In this document: in pieces, positions 49,905-60,830 of the stretch
Numbering within the stretch: position 1 is the stretch's first letter
How the letters are laid out: each line of letters starts with the position of its first letter
Assembly (NCBI GenBank): GCA_002269645.1
Contig: NIVC01002011.1
Coordinates: 62,001-126,000, forward strand
Origin: Macrostomum lignano
Taxonomy: Eukaryota
DNA length: 64,000 bases
Direction: 5' to 3'
Position numbers and translations under genes: made by a program
The notes under the pieces: generated by a model
Database searches by the model: none
What the model saw: only the letters and a program-made list of their open reading frames with translations
What the model was told of the DNA's origin: nothing

Positions 49905-52051
49905 GCTTCCGAGACCGTTCGTCTGAAACTGTCTCAGGACACATGTCGACAACCTAGTATCTGGCGCAGACTCCGAAGAGGAAGCTATGGTATTGTATCA
50001 CATGACGCGGAGCACGTTCCTGAAAGCATCGATGAATATACGCGGCTGGCTCGCAAACTGCTCATCTCTGAACACCACTGCTCATGAAGATGGTTGTGGC
50101 GTGTCACATTCAACCAAATCACCAGTCAAGGTCCTTGGCATGCAATGGATTCCGGATAGCGACACATTCAATTTGTCGATTCGCGATCATCCGGCAATCG
50201 GCTTGTCCGGCGAACGTCTGACCAAGCGTTCGACATTGTCAGCGTTCTCCAAGACGTTCGACCCTCTTGGCCTTTCATTGGCCTTCTTGAAAAAGCCAAA
50301 CTGCTTTTTCAGCAGAGCTGCAAACTAAAGGTGCCGTGGGACGCTATGCTTCCGAAGCCCCTTCACTCGCAGTGGGTTGAATGCTTAGCTGAGTTACGAT
50401 GTTGGACGATGCCACTCGACAGTAGAGTCTTCAGACAGACGCCCATCGCATGCGAAATTCATGGGTTCTGTGAAGCATCTCAATCGGCCTACGCAGCGTG
50501 CGTCTATTTACGGTCTATATTCGATTCAGGTGACGTCCAAGTTGCGCTACTGATGGGCAAAACACGCGTCGCGCCCATAGCTCCGACGACTATTCCACGG
50601 CTAGAGTTGATGGCTGCGAACGAGCTTGCTCAAGCCCTCGACAAAGTCCGCGCTGAACATCCGCATGACGTCATCACCTGCTGGAGCGACAGCATGGACG
50701 CTCTGTGGTGGCTCAAGTCCACACAAATTGTAGAAGCCATTCATTCAAAACATTCCAGCAGCTGTGGCACCGGAGAAGTGACTGTTCTGCCCTGGGAGGG
50801 ACAACCCCGCCGACATTGCTACCCGACCAGTCGTGCCCGGCGCATTCGATTAATCGTCCCTTTAGTTTTGGGGTCCTAAGTGGCTGTCTCTGGATTCCTC
50901 GCTCTGGCTGGAACAAACTGTGATAGGCGACCAAAGCTCATATCATCGAGAAGATGAACACAGCTGCGTAGTCACACAGACGTCGACGTCAGAGGTAAAA
51001 TCGGCACGCATCCATTCCATCATCGAGGTGCAGGCTATAATTCCTTGACTAGATTGCTGCGGGTCTCAGCGTGGGTTCTTCGTTTCATCAGCATTTTAAA
51101 ACGGACGCGGCAGGCTACGACTGTCGAGCTGACGTCGGCAGAGCTGTTAAAAGCGGAGGAGTTGTGGATTAAATCGCTGCAGTCGCGTGACTTCGTTGCC
51201 GACATTCGCAGTCTTCGCGACAGCACAGCACTAGCACACCAAAAGTGCATCTCGAACTCGTCACTGACTTGACAACGCAGTCATTCCTTCTGAGCCTGAG
51301 ACGCTTCTGTGCCCGCCGAGGTGTACCATCGATTATCTCTGACAACTTCAAAACCTTCCATGCGGCGGCCAGGCTACTGGATGCAGAAAAAGCTCTATTA
51401 CGGACTCAAGCAGGCCAGGATTTTCTGAGCAGCCGCCGAGTCACCTGGACATTCATTCCCGAGCGAGCTCCATGGATGGGAGGCTTCTACGAGAGACTGG
51501 TCGGCGTAGTGAAATCAGTGCTCAAGAAGACAATCGGAAGGGCTTTCCTGCCCGTCGAGGAGCTGTCGACAGTAATCTGTGAGGCGGAAGCGGTTGTAAA
51601 CTCAAGACCGCTTGGCTTCGTGTCTTCCGGCGAGCAATCAGAAGTCATCACACCTGGTCATTTCCTCGTTCTGCGCCGCCTGACAAAAGAACCAGAGGAC
51701 GAAGCGGAAGCTTCAATGGTCCTGCCGCTTCCCAAAAGGCTCCGAAAGTCCAGACATTTGCTGAACAAGTTCTGGAAGGAGTGGCAAGCACAGTACATTC
51801 TGGCCCTCCATGAGCGATCATCCAAAGACGGTCAAACATCGAATCGGGAAATACGAGTTGGTGACGTAGTGTTAGTGATGGATACCGGATTGCCAAGACT
51901 TCAGTGCAAGCTTGCGGTTGTCGAAGCTGTGCACCAGGGTTACGATGGAGTCGCCCGTTCATGCCTACTGCGGGTGGCCAGTTCTCAAAGTGGTCGAGCT
52001 GCTACGCATCTTCGACGGCCAGTGAAGTTGCTGGTACCTCTGGAAGTCTGA
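49905..52051 (+). pseudogene. pol: BEL/Pao pol fragment (RT end, RNase H/A17, integrase, DUF5641), frameshifted and internally deleted
   Basis: VDNLVSGADSEEEA, KVLGMQW, TKRSTLS..FDPLG, IHGFCEASQSAYAACVYLR, TIPRLELMAA, HLELVTDLTTQSFL..RRFCARRG, SDNFKTF, APWMGGFYERLVG, RPVKLLVPLEV*. Confidence 0.9.
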
Positions 52052-52414
52052 CGTGTCGTTAGTGGTTTTTAACTCGGCTGCTGGCTGCGTCTAGTCGTTT
52101 TTCCTATGTTCTTTTGGTCATTTTGCTGGTGGCGTTCGGTCGGTGGTCGTTTGATGTCGGTGGCTGTGTGGCGGTCGGTGGTCGGTCAGTCGGTTGGTTG
52201 GTGGTTCTCAGTCGTTTTTCGGTGGTCGGGATTTGCGTTTTTTCTGGTAATTTTGCAGTTTATACACAGTTGGTTGATTTTCGTGCTTTATCGGTTTCTG
52301 CTTTTTTTCCGCAGTCCGATGTTTTAGCGGCGGCAATATTTGTTTTTTCTACCTTGTGTTACTTTTCCTTTTGTGAAATGACCTTGACCTCAATCGATCA
52401 GGTCATTGGGGGAG

Positions 52415-52881
52415 TGTGGAGTAAAAGTTCATGTTTATTCAGCCCAAATGGTTTTCTTTACTTTAAGAGAAAGCCGACTCACCTTTCACCCCGCTCTGCC
52501 CTGTCGTGCAATGTACATCCGCTCGTACACTGGGCGCCCCCACCCCACGCGTCATTTTCTTTTCGCTTTATCTAAATAAATAAGTCAAAACAGCCAGCGA
52601 ACCAGAGGGCCTTTTTTCGCTTTCTCTCAACAAACTCTAAAGAGAAAATCAATTGAGTCGTGTCAATTCAGTTACACGGCATAAGCTGCGCTCGTGTGTA
52701 GTACTGGATACGGTAAATTGTATACCTTATCTGGAGCTGACTGGAATACAGTCAAGACTAGCAGCGGTGGGAGTGAAAATGTATGAAACTGAGGGAGTTG
52801 TACACATGCTGGCTAAAGTATTACGCCAACAGGCTGCCATGACTGAGCGTTAACGTTGATCGAGCGCCGACTAAGTCTTCA
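52415..52881 (+). mobile_element. BEL/Pao 3' LTR (right boundary uncertain)
   Basis: PPT GGGGGAG at 52408-52414 directly before TGTGGAG. The end was chosen at ...GTCTTCA and is not confirmed. Confidence 0.45.
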
Positions 52882-53499
52882 GGGCTAAGGGGATACGGTT
52901 CAGGAAGAAAGTAACCTCGAATTTCTTCCTATGACTGGCATCGACAATTACGAGCACCTCGTAGAAGCTTGTCGCCAGAATGCAAAGAGCAATGTAGTAA
53001 GCAGTGCAATCCTTTTAGTCTACTATAAGCTCATCTTTAGTAAAGCGACTGCTGATGCGATACAAATACTTTAGTGCATTAATATTCAGGAAACTGTAGC
53101 GCATAAAAAATAACTTTTGGTGAATTTCAAATTAAACATATGTAATAGGGTCGATCTTTTATTCTTACTAATAGTAGTTTTAAGCGGGTTTAATGAGCTA
53201 TTTTTACTCAGCCAATCAGTAAATTTCCTTGTTTAAATCCCTTAATTATTTTGTTTTAACTAACTTCAGCCAATGGAGTTTAATAATTTGTTATAATTTC
53301 GTAAGCTATTTTTGTTATAATTAATTTCATCCAATCAAATTAAGTTTTATCCTCTATATAAACGGAACGATTGACCAAGAATAAAATTAACTTGCTCTTC
53401 CGCGAATTTTCGCGAGCTCGCTCTCAACCGGAGAAGAAGCGTTTTTGCCATCCAAACCAAAACGTGAGTTGAAACTTGCGAGTCTTAGTTCTTTGTAGG

Positions 53500-53712
53500 A
53501 ATAGGGAGAAACCAGAGGTCGTGGAGACCCAGAACTAGGGATCTGAATAGGGAGAAATCAGAGGTCGTGGAGACCCAGAACTAGGGATCTGAATAGGGAG
53601 AAACCAGAGGTCGTGGAGACCCAGAACTAGGATCTAAATAGGGAGAAATCAGAGGTCGTGGAGACCCAGAACTAGGATCTAAATAGGGAGAAATCAGAGG
53701 TCGTGGAGACCC
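53500..53712 (+). repeat. Five tandem 45-46-bp repeats in the Gypsy 5' leader
   Basis: AATAGGGAGAAA(C/T)CAGAGGTCGTGGAGACCCAGAACTAGG(G)ATCT at 53500, 53546, 53592, 53637 and 53682. Stops in all three frames. Confidence 0.95.
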
Positions 53713-53723
53713 AAGACAGAGGC

Positions 53724-54591
53724 ATGTGAGAATTCAGAAGTACACGCCAAGCCAAGACATTAGGATCTGGTTGACAGCTTTTGATCAGAGGTGTGAATCA
53801 GAAGGAATCGAGGAGAATCATAGGAAAACTGAGCTATTAGCTAATCTAGACTTAGCAACAGCGTTCGCCGCTGTACAACGACTTAATCTGCCAGAAGATC
53901 TAGGGTATGAAGAATTCAAGGAGCACTTGATCGAGAGATTTGGTAGGATAGGAAACGCGTCAGAGTTTAGGGAAGAGTTTAGAGGCAGAATGCAAGGAAG
54001 GAATGAGACGAAGGACGCTTATGCTGATCGCTGATTGAGCTATCAGATAGAGCCTTCCCGAACATGAATGCAGAGCAGCGAGAGGAAGAGATAGTTGAGC
54101 AATTTATCAAAGGAGTTAGGATTCCGCCAGACACTAGGGAGAAGTTAATCTTCGCCCAACCTGCGAATCTGCAAGAAGCTAGGCGAATGCTAAGGCGAAT
54201 TGAGGCCGCATGGCAACTATCGCACAAAGGAGGTGTTAGGATGATGAAAGAGGGAGAAGGAGGGCAAGAGAAGAAGCTCCAAGACTTAGTTCAGCAGCAG
54301 AAGAATGAGTTAGAGCAACAGAAAAAGCTGATTCAGGAGCTGATGGCGCACAAGCCACCACCTATGGCTAGACCGCAGCCATGCCCAGCTCAGATGCCGC
54401 GACAGAGTTATCAGCAGCAACCAGCATTTCAGCCGAGAGTTCCGGCATATTATCAGCCTAGACCTAGGAGAGAGTTTCCGATTCGCTCTTATTCGCCGCA
54501 GCCAGGAAGGTGTGCAATTTGCCAGCAACCCGGTTCAATAAGGCCTGGTATAGGTCACCAGTGCCGCGTGAATCGCAAACAGGGAAACTAG
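53724..54591 (+). pseudogene. gag: Gypsy gag with two apparent single-base deletions
   Basis: RIQKY...IRIWLTAFDQRC...FRGRMQGRNETKDAYADR-(shift near 54030)-LIELSDRAFPNMNAEQREEEIVEQFIKGV...CAICQQPG...QGN*. The ATG at 53724 is one base out of frame. Confidence 0.85.
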
Positions 54592-57500
54592 AGTACAGAG
54601 GGTGGCATGAGAGGCCACGACCCTCTAGGAGAAATGAGTACAAAATGAAAGCCTCTAATTGTAAATATAGTGTAGATAGTGAAGGTTGGCGAACTGTCCC
54701 AATGCGAAAAAGACACATAGGTGGTGTGCATGTAAATAATGCGTTTGCACCAGCACCAATTTCCACTTATTCTGCGTCAGCACCTCATGCGTATGCACCA
54801 GCCGCATCATCATGTGTCAATCCTGCTTATGCTACTGAAAACTTGGCACCAGTAGTAGAAGAAGAGTCTGAATCCGATTTTTGCCAGCCACAGCCTAAGA
54901 AAATAGTTAAGCAAAAGGTTTTTCCGAAACCAAAAGTTGAATTAGTAAACCAGACAGGCTATGAAGCAATAGTAGTAGGCAGTATCGATAATCAAGAAGT
55001 AGACTTTCTAATAGACACAGGCGCTCAAAATAATTTTCTAAGTAGATCAGTTTGGTCAAAAGTATTCGAGCCGAGTCAGATTAGAGAAACAAGTAGGAGA
55101 GTTTCCACATTTGATGGAACTACAGTGAAATTAGAAGGAGAAGCGAGTACTTTAGTGCAGTTCGGAGATTTAGAATTAGAAATAGAATTCCTACTCTGCA
55201 GCCACGATTGTGACAACATACTAGGCATGGAATTCTTTAAAAATCGCTGTGAAAGCATTCAATTAGCAAAAGGCATGTTAATTTTAAAAGAGGGGACTTG
55301 TATTCCCATGCAGTATACTCATTTGCCAGTAAAAGTTTGCCGAGTATATACTCAGGAGAGGGCAGTAGTTCCGCCTAATAGCGCACTGCGAATCCCAGTG
55401 AGATTAGCCAAAAATTCAGAAGCCAATTATGGCACGCCAATGACTATTGAGACTATTGGAAGTAGTATTAGGACTAAGACAGAGACAGTAGAAATGAATC
55501 CGACTTTAGTTACTATGCGCGATGGCGTAGCCATAGTAGAAGTAATGAATCAAAGCACGGTAGAAGTGAAATTGCCGAAATCAACCTTAGTAGGTTTAGC
55601 TAAGCCAATCAGGGCTAGAGAGCTCACTTACATGAATAATGAAGTAGATCAAACCGTGCCGTCAGATCAGCCAATCACCGGACGTGTCAATCAAACGCAA
55701 TCTACAAGTGAAACTTGGATTAGCGAAATAGATATTAGTGAAGATTTGACAGCAGAACAGAGAGATAGGGTGATTCAGCTCGTAAAAGAGCATAGAGAGG
55801 CCTTTTCTCAACATGATCTAGATATGGGCTTAACATCACTAGTCACGCATGAGATCTCACTAAGGGATGAGACACCTGTTAGGATTCCGACTAGAAGGAT
55901 TCCCCCTCATCTGCAGAAACAGGTAGATGCTCAGCTAGATGACATGTTAGCTAAGAACTTAATTAGGCCATGCTATTCGACTTATTCAACACCTCTAGTG
56001 ATCGTACCAAAGAAAGATGGTACTATTCGAATAGTCAGTGATTTTAGAGTGCTGAATTCACGAGTGAACTACTTTCCGTATCCGCTGCCAAATATTCAGG
56101 AGACATTTTCAAACTTAACAGGCAGTCAGTATTTTAGTAGCCTTGACCTGAATTCTGGTTATTGGCAAGTTCCGATAAAAGAGGAACACAAGTTTATGAC
56201 TGCATTTTCAACATTAACAAGAGGTCAGTTTGAGTATCAAGTTATGGCTCAGGGCTTATCTAATGCCCCAGGTACTTTTCAAAGGCTTATGAATCTAGTG
56301 TTAGCAGGCATTCAGCATAAATATGCCATGTCATACATAGATGATATAGTGACCTATTCTAAGCAGTTTGAAGATCATTTAGAACACCTTAGAGAGGTAT
56401 TTGAAAGACTAATTAGTGCAGGACTAAAACTAAGAGCTAAAAAGTGCAACCTATTTCATAGCGAACTAAAATATTTAGGCCATGTAATTGGAAGAGAAGG
56501 AATTAGGACTGATGAAGCTAAAATAGAAGCCATTAGGAGCTGGCCAAAGCCAAAGGATGTAAAAGAGCTAAGAAGTTTCTTAGGATTATGCAATTATTAT
56601 AGTCGCTTTGTTAAGAATTATGCTGAGGCTGCACATCCGTTATTTCAACTAACTAGGAAAGGAGTGCAGAACTTTCAGGCAAAGTGGACTAGAGCTCATG
56701 ATGAAGCATTTGAAGAGCTTAAGAAAAGAATGATGTCAACAGAAGTGTTAGCCTATCCAGAGTTTGTAGACGATGAGAATGTTAGAATGGTCTTAGACAC
56801 TGATGCTAGTGATGGACGCATAGGGGCCTGCCTAGGCCAAATCCAGTCAGATGGCATCGAGAGGCCTATAGCATATTTCAGTCGGGCTATGAAAGAAACA
56901 GAGAAGCGCTATCCAATAACTAGGAAAGAGTTATTAGCATTAGTAGATGCGATGAAGCATTTTAGATTTTATCTGATAGGAAAGCGATTTTTAGCGCGCA
57001 CAGATCATAAGGCGATTTTATGGTTGTTAAGGCAAACAGAGGCCCAAGGGATTCTAGGACGTTGGGTGGAACGCTTAAATGAATTTCAATTCGATATTGA
57101 GCATAGAAGCGGTGCAAAACACTCCAATGCGGACAGTTTGTCCAGAAGACCGGCGGAAGTAGCTGAGGCAACCAAAATTGAGCAAGGCGTGAAAGCCTGT
57201 GAAAGTGAAAAGGGCGTGAAGCCGATAGACAGCGTGAATGCTGCAGTAGGCGAGACAGTAGAAGAAGGAGAAAGAGAGATGCAGACTTCGCATCCCGAGG
57301 ACTCAGAGTCTAGGATCAAGTCATTAGTCATTTCAGGAGTAGAAGGTGCGAAGGTAGAAGATGTGTCAGCACCGAGTTCAAGCTTAACGCAACAGAACAG
57401 AGACACTGAACCTGATCACAGAGAGAGTGAGATACCTAAAGTTACAAAATTACTAACTGACTACTTGCAAGTACCATTGAAGAAGGAGCAAATTGTTAAA

Positions 57501-59327
57501 GCTCAGAGGGAAGACACAGCAATCTGCACACTAATAGAGTGGAAGCAAGAAAATCTGTCAGTCCCGCCAATTCAGAAAAATGAGTCAGTCGAACTGAAGC
57601 AGTTGAGACGAAAATATGAGAAAATGAAGCTAGAAAGGAATCTGTTGACTATAGAAGAAGAAAGAATCTGGAAAATAGTTTTGCCTAAATCTTTAGATAA
57701 GCTAGTGTTTAGCGATCTGCATGATAGCCCGCTAGCAGGACATTTAGGTAGAGACAAAACAGTTCAGCGAGTTAGAGAGAGATTTTGGAGACCAGGCTTA
57801 GTAGCCGCAGTAGAAAAGCATGTGGCAGAATGCATCCCATGCTTAGAGAGCAAAAGAGGCCATAAAGTGCAAGCTCCGATTCAGTCATTTCCAATTAGTG
57901 AGCCATTTCACCGATTACACATAGATGTGATAGGGCCAATTTCAAAAATTAGCAAAAGAGGCCATCAGTATGTGTTGACAATAGTAGACAGCAATACTCG
58001 CTATCCGTTTGCATTTCCAATGCGCAATCAAAAAGCTGACACAATTATTAAGCTATTGCAAGAAAGAGTATTTAGTGAATATGGCCAATGCCAATGGATT
58101 CACACAGATAATGGCAAGGCATTCACTAGCAAACAATTTAGTGCATTCTGTGAGTTGTACAATGTGAAGCATACTTTCACAACTCCATATCACGCACAGA
58201 GCAATGGTTTAGTTGAGAGATTTAACAAGCAGGTCAAATCAATAGTCACATGCCTGATTGAGAAAGATCATAGCAATTGGGATCTATTAATTCCAGCAGC
58301 TTTAGTCGCAGTTAGAACTAGCGTTAATCAGACTACAGGCTATTCGCCGCATTTCTTATTGTTTGGCAGAGAGGCAGTTTTGCCCATAGACCGCGAACTT
58401 AGAGAGCCAAACCAATACGCTAATTATCCGACCTATGTAGCCGAACATGCCGAAAGATTAGAGAGTGCTAGAAAAATAGTTAAGGAAAAGTTTGAGAAAG
58501 TGCATGACAAAAGGCAGACAGACGCCGAGAATCAGAAAAAGCCAAAGGCTATCGAAGTAGGAAGTTTAGTACTAATTAATAATCCACAACTTAACATTGA
58601 CGAATCTAATAAGTTTCATAGGAAAAAGCGAGCCGCCTTTCGAGTGCTTAAGCAAATCTCAGAAGTAGTTTTTAAGATTCAGAAAGAAGAAGAAGGCGAG
58701 TTAGTAGGCAACAAGTTATTAGTACATAGGGATAACATGGCCCCAGTGCCAAACTCTGTGAAAGAGCCAATAGATAAGGGAAGCCAGGAGAGTGCTGAGA
58801 CAGTAGAAATTATTAATAAGGAGAGCCAGACGAAAGCTAAGCATTTAGATAAAAGAAATCAGCAGGAGGTAGGACAATCAAGCAAGGGAAGCCACGCCAG
58901 AAAGAATAGACTAGAGGAACCAGTTATCGAATTAGAAGAAGAAAGCTCTGATGAGGAACAGCCGAAGTGGTTTTGCAAGATTCGTGAAAATGAACAATCG
59001 GTACATGAGAATGAACCAGAGTTGGAAGTGGAGTCAAGAGCTGAGATAGAAAATAATATGCAACATGAGAGCCTAGTGGAAGAGGAGATGGAGAGGTCAG
59101 AGCGAGAGGGAGGAGAAGTAACGATCGATAACAGACGCGAAACAGAACAGGGGGAAGGAAAAGGCGCGCATGCGGGCCACACTGAGAATGGGGGTACGCC
59201 AGACAAAGAGGGTAATAAAACTAAACCATATAACACACGCAGCCGTACTAGGCCACCAGTCAAATGCCAGTGTTATCTAAAAAAGCTTGCTACTGTATGG
59301 AGACTATTAGAAAAATTAAACTTTTAG
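54510..59327 (+). CDS. pol: Gypsy Pol polyprotein (PR-RT-RH-IN), open over 1605 codons
   Basis: FLIDTGA (protease), FSSLDLNSGYWQ and YIDD (RT), LDTDAS (RNase H), HDSPLAGHLG..C..C, HIDVIGP, HTDNG, VERFN (integrase). Long acidic C-terminal tail. Confidence 0.97.
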   Translation: MCNLPATRFNKAWYRSPVPRESQTGKLEYRGWHERPRPSRRNEYKMKASNCKYSVDSEGWRTVPMRKRHIGGVHVNNAFAPAPISTYSASAPHAYAPAASSCVNPAYATENLAPVVEEESESDFCQPQPKKIVKQKVFPKPKVELVNQTGYEAIVVGSIDNQEVDFLIDTGAQNNFLSRSVWSKVFEPSQIRETSRRVSTFDGTTVKLEGEASTLVQFGDLELEIEFLLCSHDCDNILGMEFFKNRCESIQLAKGMLILKEGTCIPMQYTHLPVKVCRVYTQERAVVPPNSALRIPVRLAKNSEANYGTPMTIETIGSSIRTKTETVEMNPTLVTMRDGVAIVEVMNQSTVEVKLPKSTLVGLAKPIRARELTYMNNEVDQTVPSDQPITGRVNQTQSTSETWISEIDISEDLTAEQRDRVIQLVKEHREAFSQHDLDMGLTSLVTHEISLRDETPVRIPTRRIPPHLQKQVDAQLDDMLAKNLIRPCYSTYSTPLVIVPKKDGTIRIVSDFRVLNSRVNYFPYPLPNIQETFSNLTGSQYFSSLDLNSGYWQVPIKEEHKFMTAFSTLTRGQFEYQVMAQGLSNAPGTFQRLMNLVLAGIQHKYAMSYIDDIVTYSKQFEDHLEHLREVFERLISAGLKLRAKKCNLFHSELKYLGHVIGREGIRTDEAKIEAIRSWPKPKDVKELRSFLGLCNYYSRFVKNYAEAAHPLFQLTRKGVQNFQAKWTRAHDEAFEELKKRMMSTEVLAYPEFVDDENVRMVLDTDASDGRIGACLGQIQSDGIERPIAYFSRAMKETEKRYPITRKELLALVDAMKHFRFYLIGKRFLARTDHKAILWLLRQTEAQGILGRWVERLNEFQFDIEHRSGAKHSNADSLSRRPAEVAEATKIEQGVKACESEKGVKPIDSVNAAVGETVEEGEREMQTSHPEDSESRIKSLVISGVEGAKVEDVSAPSSSLTQQNRDTEPDHRESEIPKVTKLLTDYLQVPLKKEQIVKAQREDTAICTLIEWKQENLSVPPIQKNESVELKQLRRKYEKMKLERNLLTIEEERIWKIVLPKSLDKLVFSDLHDSPLAGHLGRDKTVQRVRERFWRPGLVAAVEKHVAECIPCLESKRGHKVQAPIQSFPISEPFHRLHIDVIGPISKISKRGHQYVLTIVDSNTRYPFAFPMRNQKADTIIKLLQERVFSEYGQCQWIHTDNGKAFTSKQFSAFCELYNVKHTFTTPYHAQSNGLVERFNKQVKSIVTCLIEKDHSNWDLLIPAALVAVRTSVNQTTGYSPHFLLFGREAVLPIDRELREPNQYANYPTYVAEHAERLESARKIVKEKFEKVHDKRQTDAENQKKPKAIEVGSLVLINNPQLNIDESNKFHRKKRAAFRVLKQISEVVFKIQKEEEGELVGNKLLVHRDNMAPVPNSVKEPIDKGSQESAETVEIINKESQTKAKHLDKRNQQEVGQSSKGSHARKNRLEEPVIELEEESSDEEQPKWFCKIRENEQSVHENEPELEVESRAEIENNMQHESLVEEEMERSEREGGEVTIDNRRETEQGEGKGAHAGHTENGGTPDKEGNKTKPYNTRSRTRPPVKCQCYLKKLATVWRLLEKLNF
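54582..54626 (+). promoter_or_regulatory. -1 programmed ribosomal frameshift signal (gag-pol)
   Basis: G GGA AAC (54582-54588) in the gag frame directly before TAG; pol is in the -1 frame. After an 8-nt spacer, stem AGAGGGT/ACCCTCT plus GGC/GCC (54597-54626). Confidence 0.85.
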
Positions 59328-59330
59328 CCA

Positions 59331-59490
59331 GCCAATAGGAATTCAGTTGCGGTTTAAATCAAGTGTTTATTGCGCAAGAGCCAATAAGACAATTTACAAA
59401 GATTAAAACAAGTTAGTTTGTTTAAATTAACTCAGCGGGGGGGAAGTCAATTTATATAAAAGGAGACACTTAATCAGGAAGGAGTCAGGA
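59331..59490 (+). promoter_or_regulatory. Putative internal Pol II promoter for ORF3
   Basis: CCAAT at 59332 and 59381, G-tract GCGGGGGGGAAG at 59435-59446, TATATAAAAG at 59453-59462, TCAG about 30 nt downstream; ATG at 59531. Confidence 0.65.
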
Positions 59491-59530
59491 TGGACTCTAA
59501 ATCTAACAGTCAAAATTAAACTAGCTAGCT

Positions 59531-60550
59531 ATGGACGAAATAGATCTGTTCGCAGACTTTGAAGATTTACTAGGAGATTTTACTATCCCAGTAGGGCAAG
59601 AGGCGGTAGTCGCCCAGCAGCCGCAGCAGCAAGAGGCGGTAGTCGCCCAGCAGCCGCAGCAGCAAGAGGCGGTAGTCGCCCAGCAGCCGCAGCAGCAAGA
59701 GGCGGTGGTCGCCCAGCAGCCGCAGCAGCAAGAGGCGGTAGTCGCCCAGCAGCCGCAGCAGCAGCAGGCAGTAGTCACCCAACAGTCAGAAACGATAGTT
59801 ATTGAGGATCAAGAAGCAGAGGCAGCCATCGACCAAGGAAGAAGCACCCGACTAAAGTCTGTGGTAATACGGCCGGCAGCACAGAAGGTGCCTGTGCCGC
59901 ATAATCCGCAGGCTCGAGCGTCATTGCTACGTGATCAAGCCAACAGACCAGTTGAAATAAGCGATAGCATTCGCAAGCGACAGCCGCCAGGAGCGAACGC
60001 GACTCAGTTTATTACCATCAAACAGCCTAGACTCATTCTGCCACGACAGCAGTCGAGACCGCAGCCAACAGTCATGTCATCGCAAAGTACGCCTCAGGCC
60101 CCGGCCATTGGAAGGCAGGCAGCCTCAGCAGTGACACTAAGAAGCCACCGATCGCAGAACCCGATGGCCTTGGGGGCTAATTTCGCGGCCGTGCTGCAGG
60201 GAGTTCCGACTCATCTTCAAGAACCATACAAACAGGCCATCATGAAGATCAAGTCTTACCTGCTCAGCGTGGCTTTGCTAAGAATAGATGGGAGAGGCTT
60301 CTTGCCTCAAACCAAAGAGCCAGAAACGGCAATCGAGGAACTTCAGGCCAACTTTTCGCATGAGCAGTGTATAGCGGCCTGGCGAAAGGCTGTTACGTAC
60401 GCTCTACATGATCTCACCCAATCGGCTTGGTTTTACCAGCAGGCACAGCTGCGGTTCGAGGTCTGCTGGATGGCCGACAAGTTGGGATGGCCAGTCAAGA
60501 ACAGCTTGCCATCAGAATTCGGTATGAATATAGGTAATAGGCGTAATTAA
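59531..60550 (+). CDS. ORF3, 339-aa protein of unknown function (acidic N-terminus, 11-aa Q-rich repeats, helical C-terminal domain)
   Basis: Intact ATG-to-TAA frame between pol and the 3' LTR. 33-bp repeat x5 plus one degenerate copy (59597-59785, QEAVVAQQPQQ). No signal peptide or TM segment evident. Confidence 0.8.
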   Translation: MDEIDLFADFEDLLGDFTIPVGQEAVVAQQPQQQEAVVAQQPQQQEAVVAQQPQQQEAVVAQQPQQQEAVVAQQPQQQQAVVTQQSETIVIEDQEAEAAIDQGRSTRLKSVVIRPAAQKVPVPHNPQARASLLRDQANRPVEISDSIRKRQPPGANATQFITIKQPRLILPRQQSRPQPTVMSSQSTPQAPAIGRQAASAVTLRSHRSQNPMALGANFAAVLQGVPTHLQEPYKQAIMKIKSYLLSVALLRIDGRGFLPQTKEPETAIEELQANFSHEQCIAAWRKAVTYALHDLTQSAWFYQQAQLRFEVCWMADKLGWPVKNSLPSEFGMNIGNRRN

Positions 60551-60589
60551 CATTTTGCTGACACTCACGAATTGCCTGATCTGTACTTT

Positions 60590-60830
60590 GCCTAACCTGT
60601 ACTTATTCATTTGCTTAACCTGTACTTATTCATATTGCTTAAATCTGTGCCACGATGCTATTTTACTTATTCATTTGCTTAGCCTGTACTTATTCATTTG
60701 CTTAACCTGTACTTATTCATATTGCTTAAATCTGTGCCACGATGCTATTTTACTTATTCATTTGCTTAGCCTGTGCTTATTCATTTGCTTAACCTGTACT
60801 TATCCATATTGTTTAATCGGTGCTATGATG
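60590..60830 (+). repeat. 87-bp tandem repeat (with 23-24-bp subrepeats) in the Gypsy 3' UTR
   Basis: CACGATGCTA at 60651 and 60738; internal CTGTACTTATTCATTTGCTTAAC subunits. Confidence 0.85.

Noticed and set aside
59531-60550. ORF3 as an envelope gene
   Set aside because: No signal peptide, furin-like site or transmembrane segment visible.
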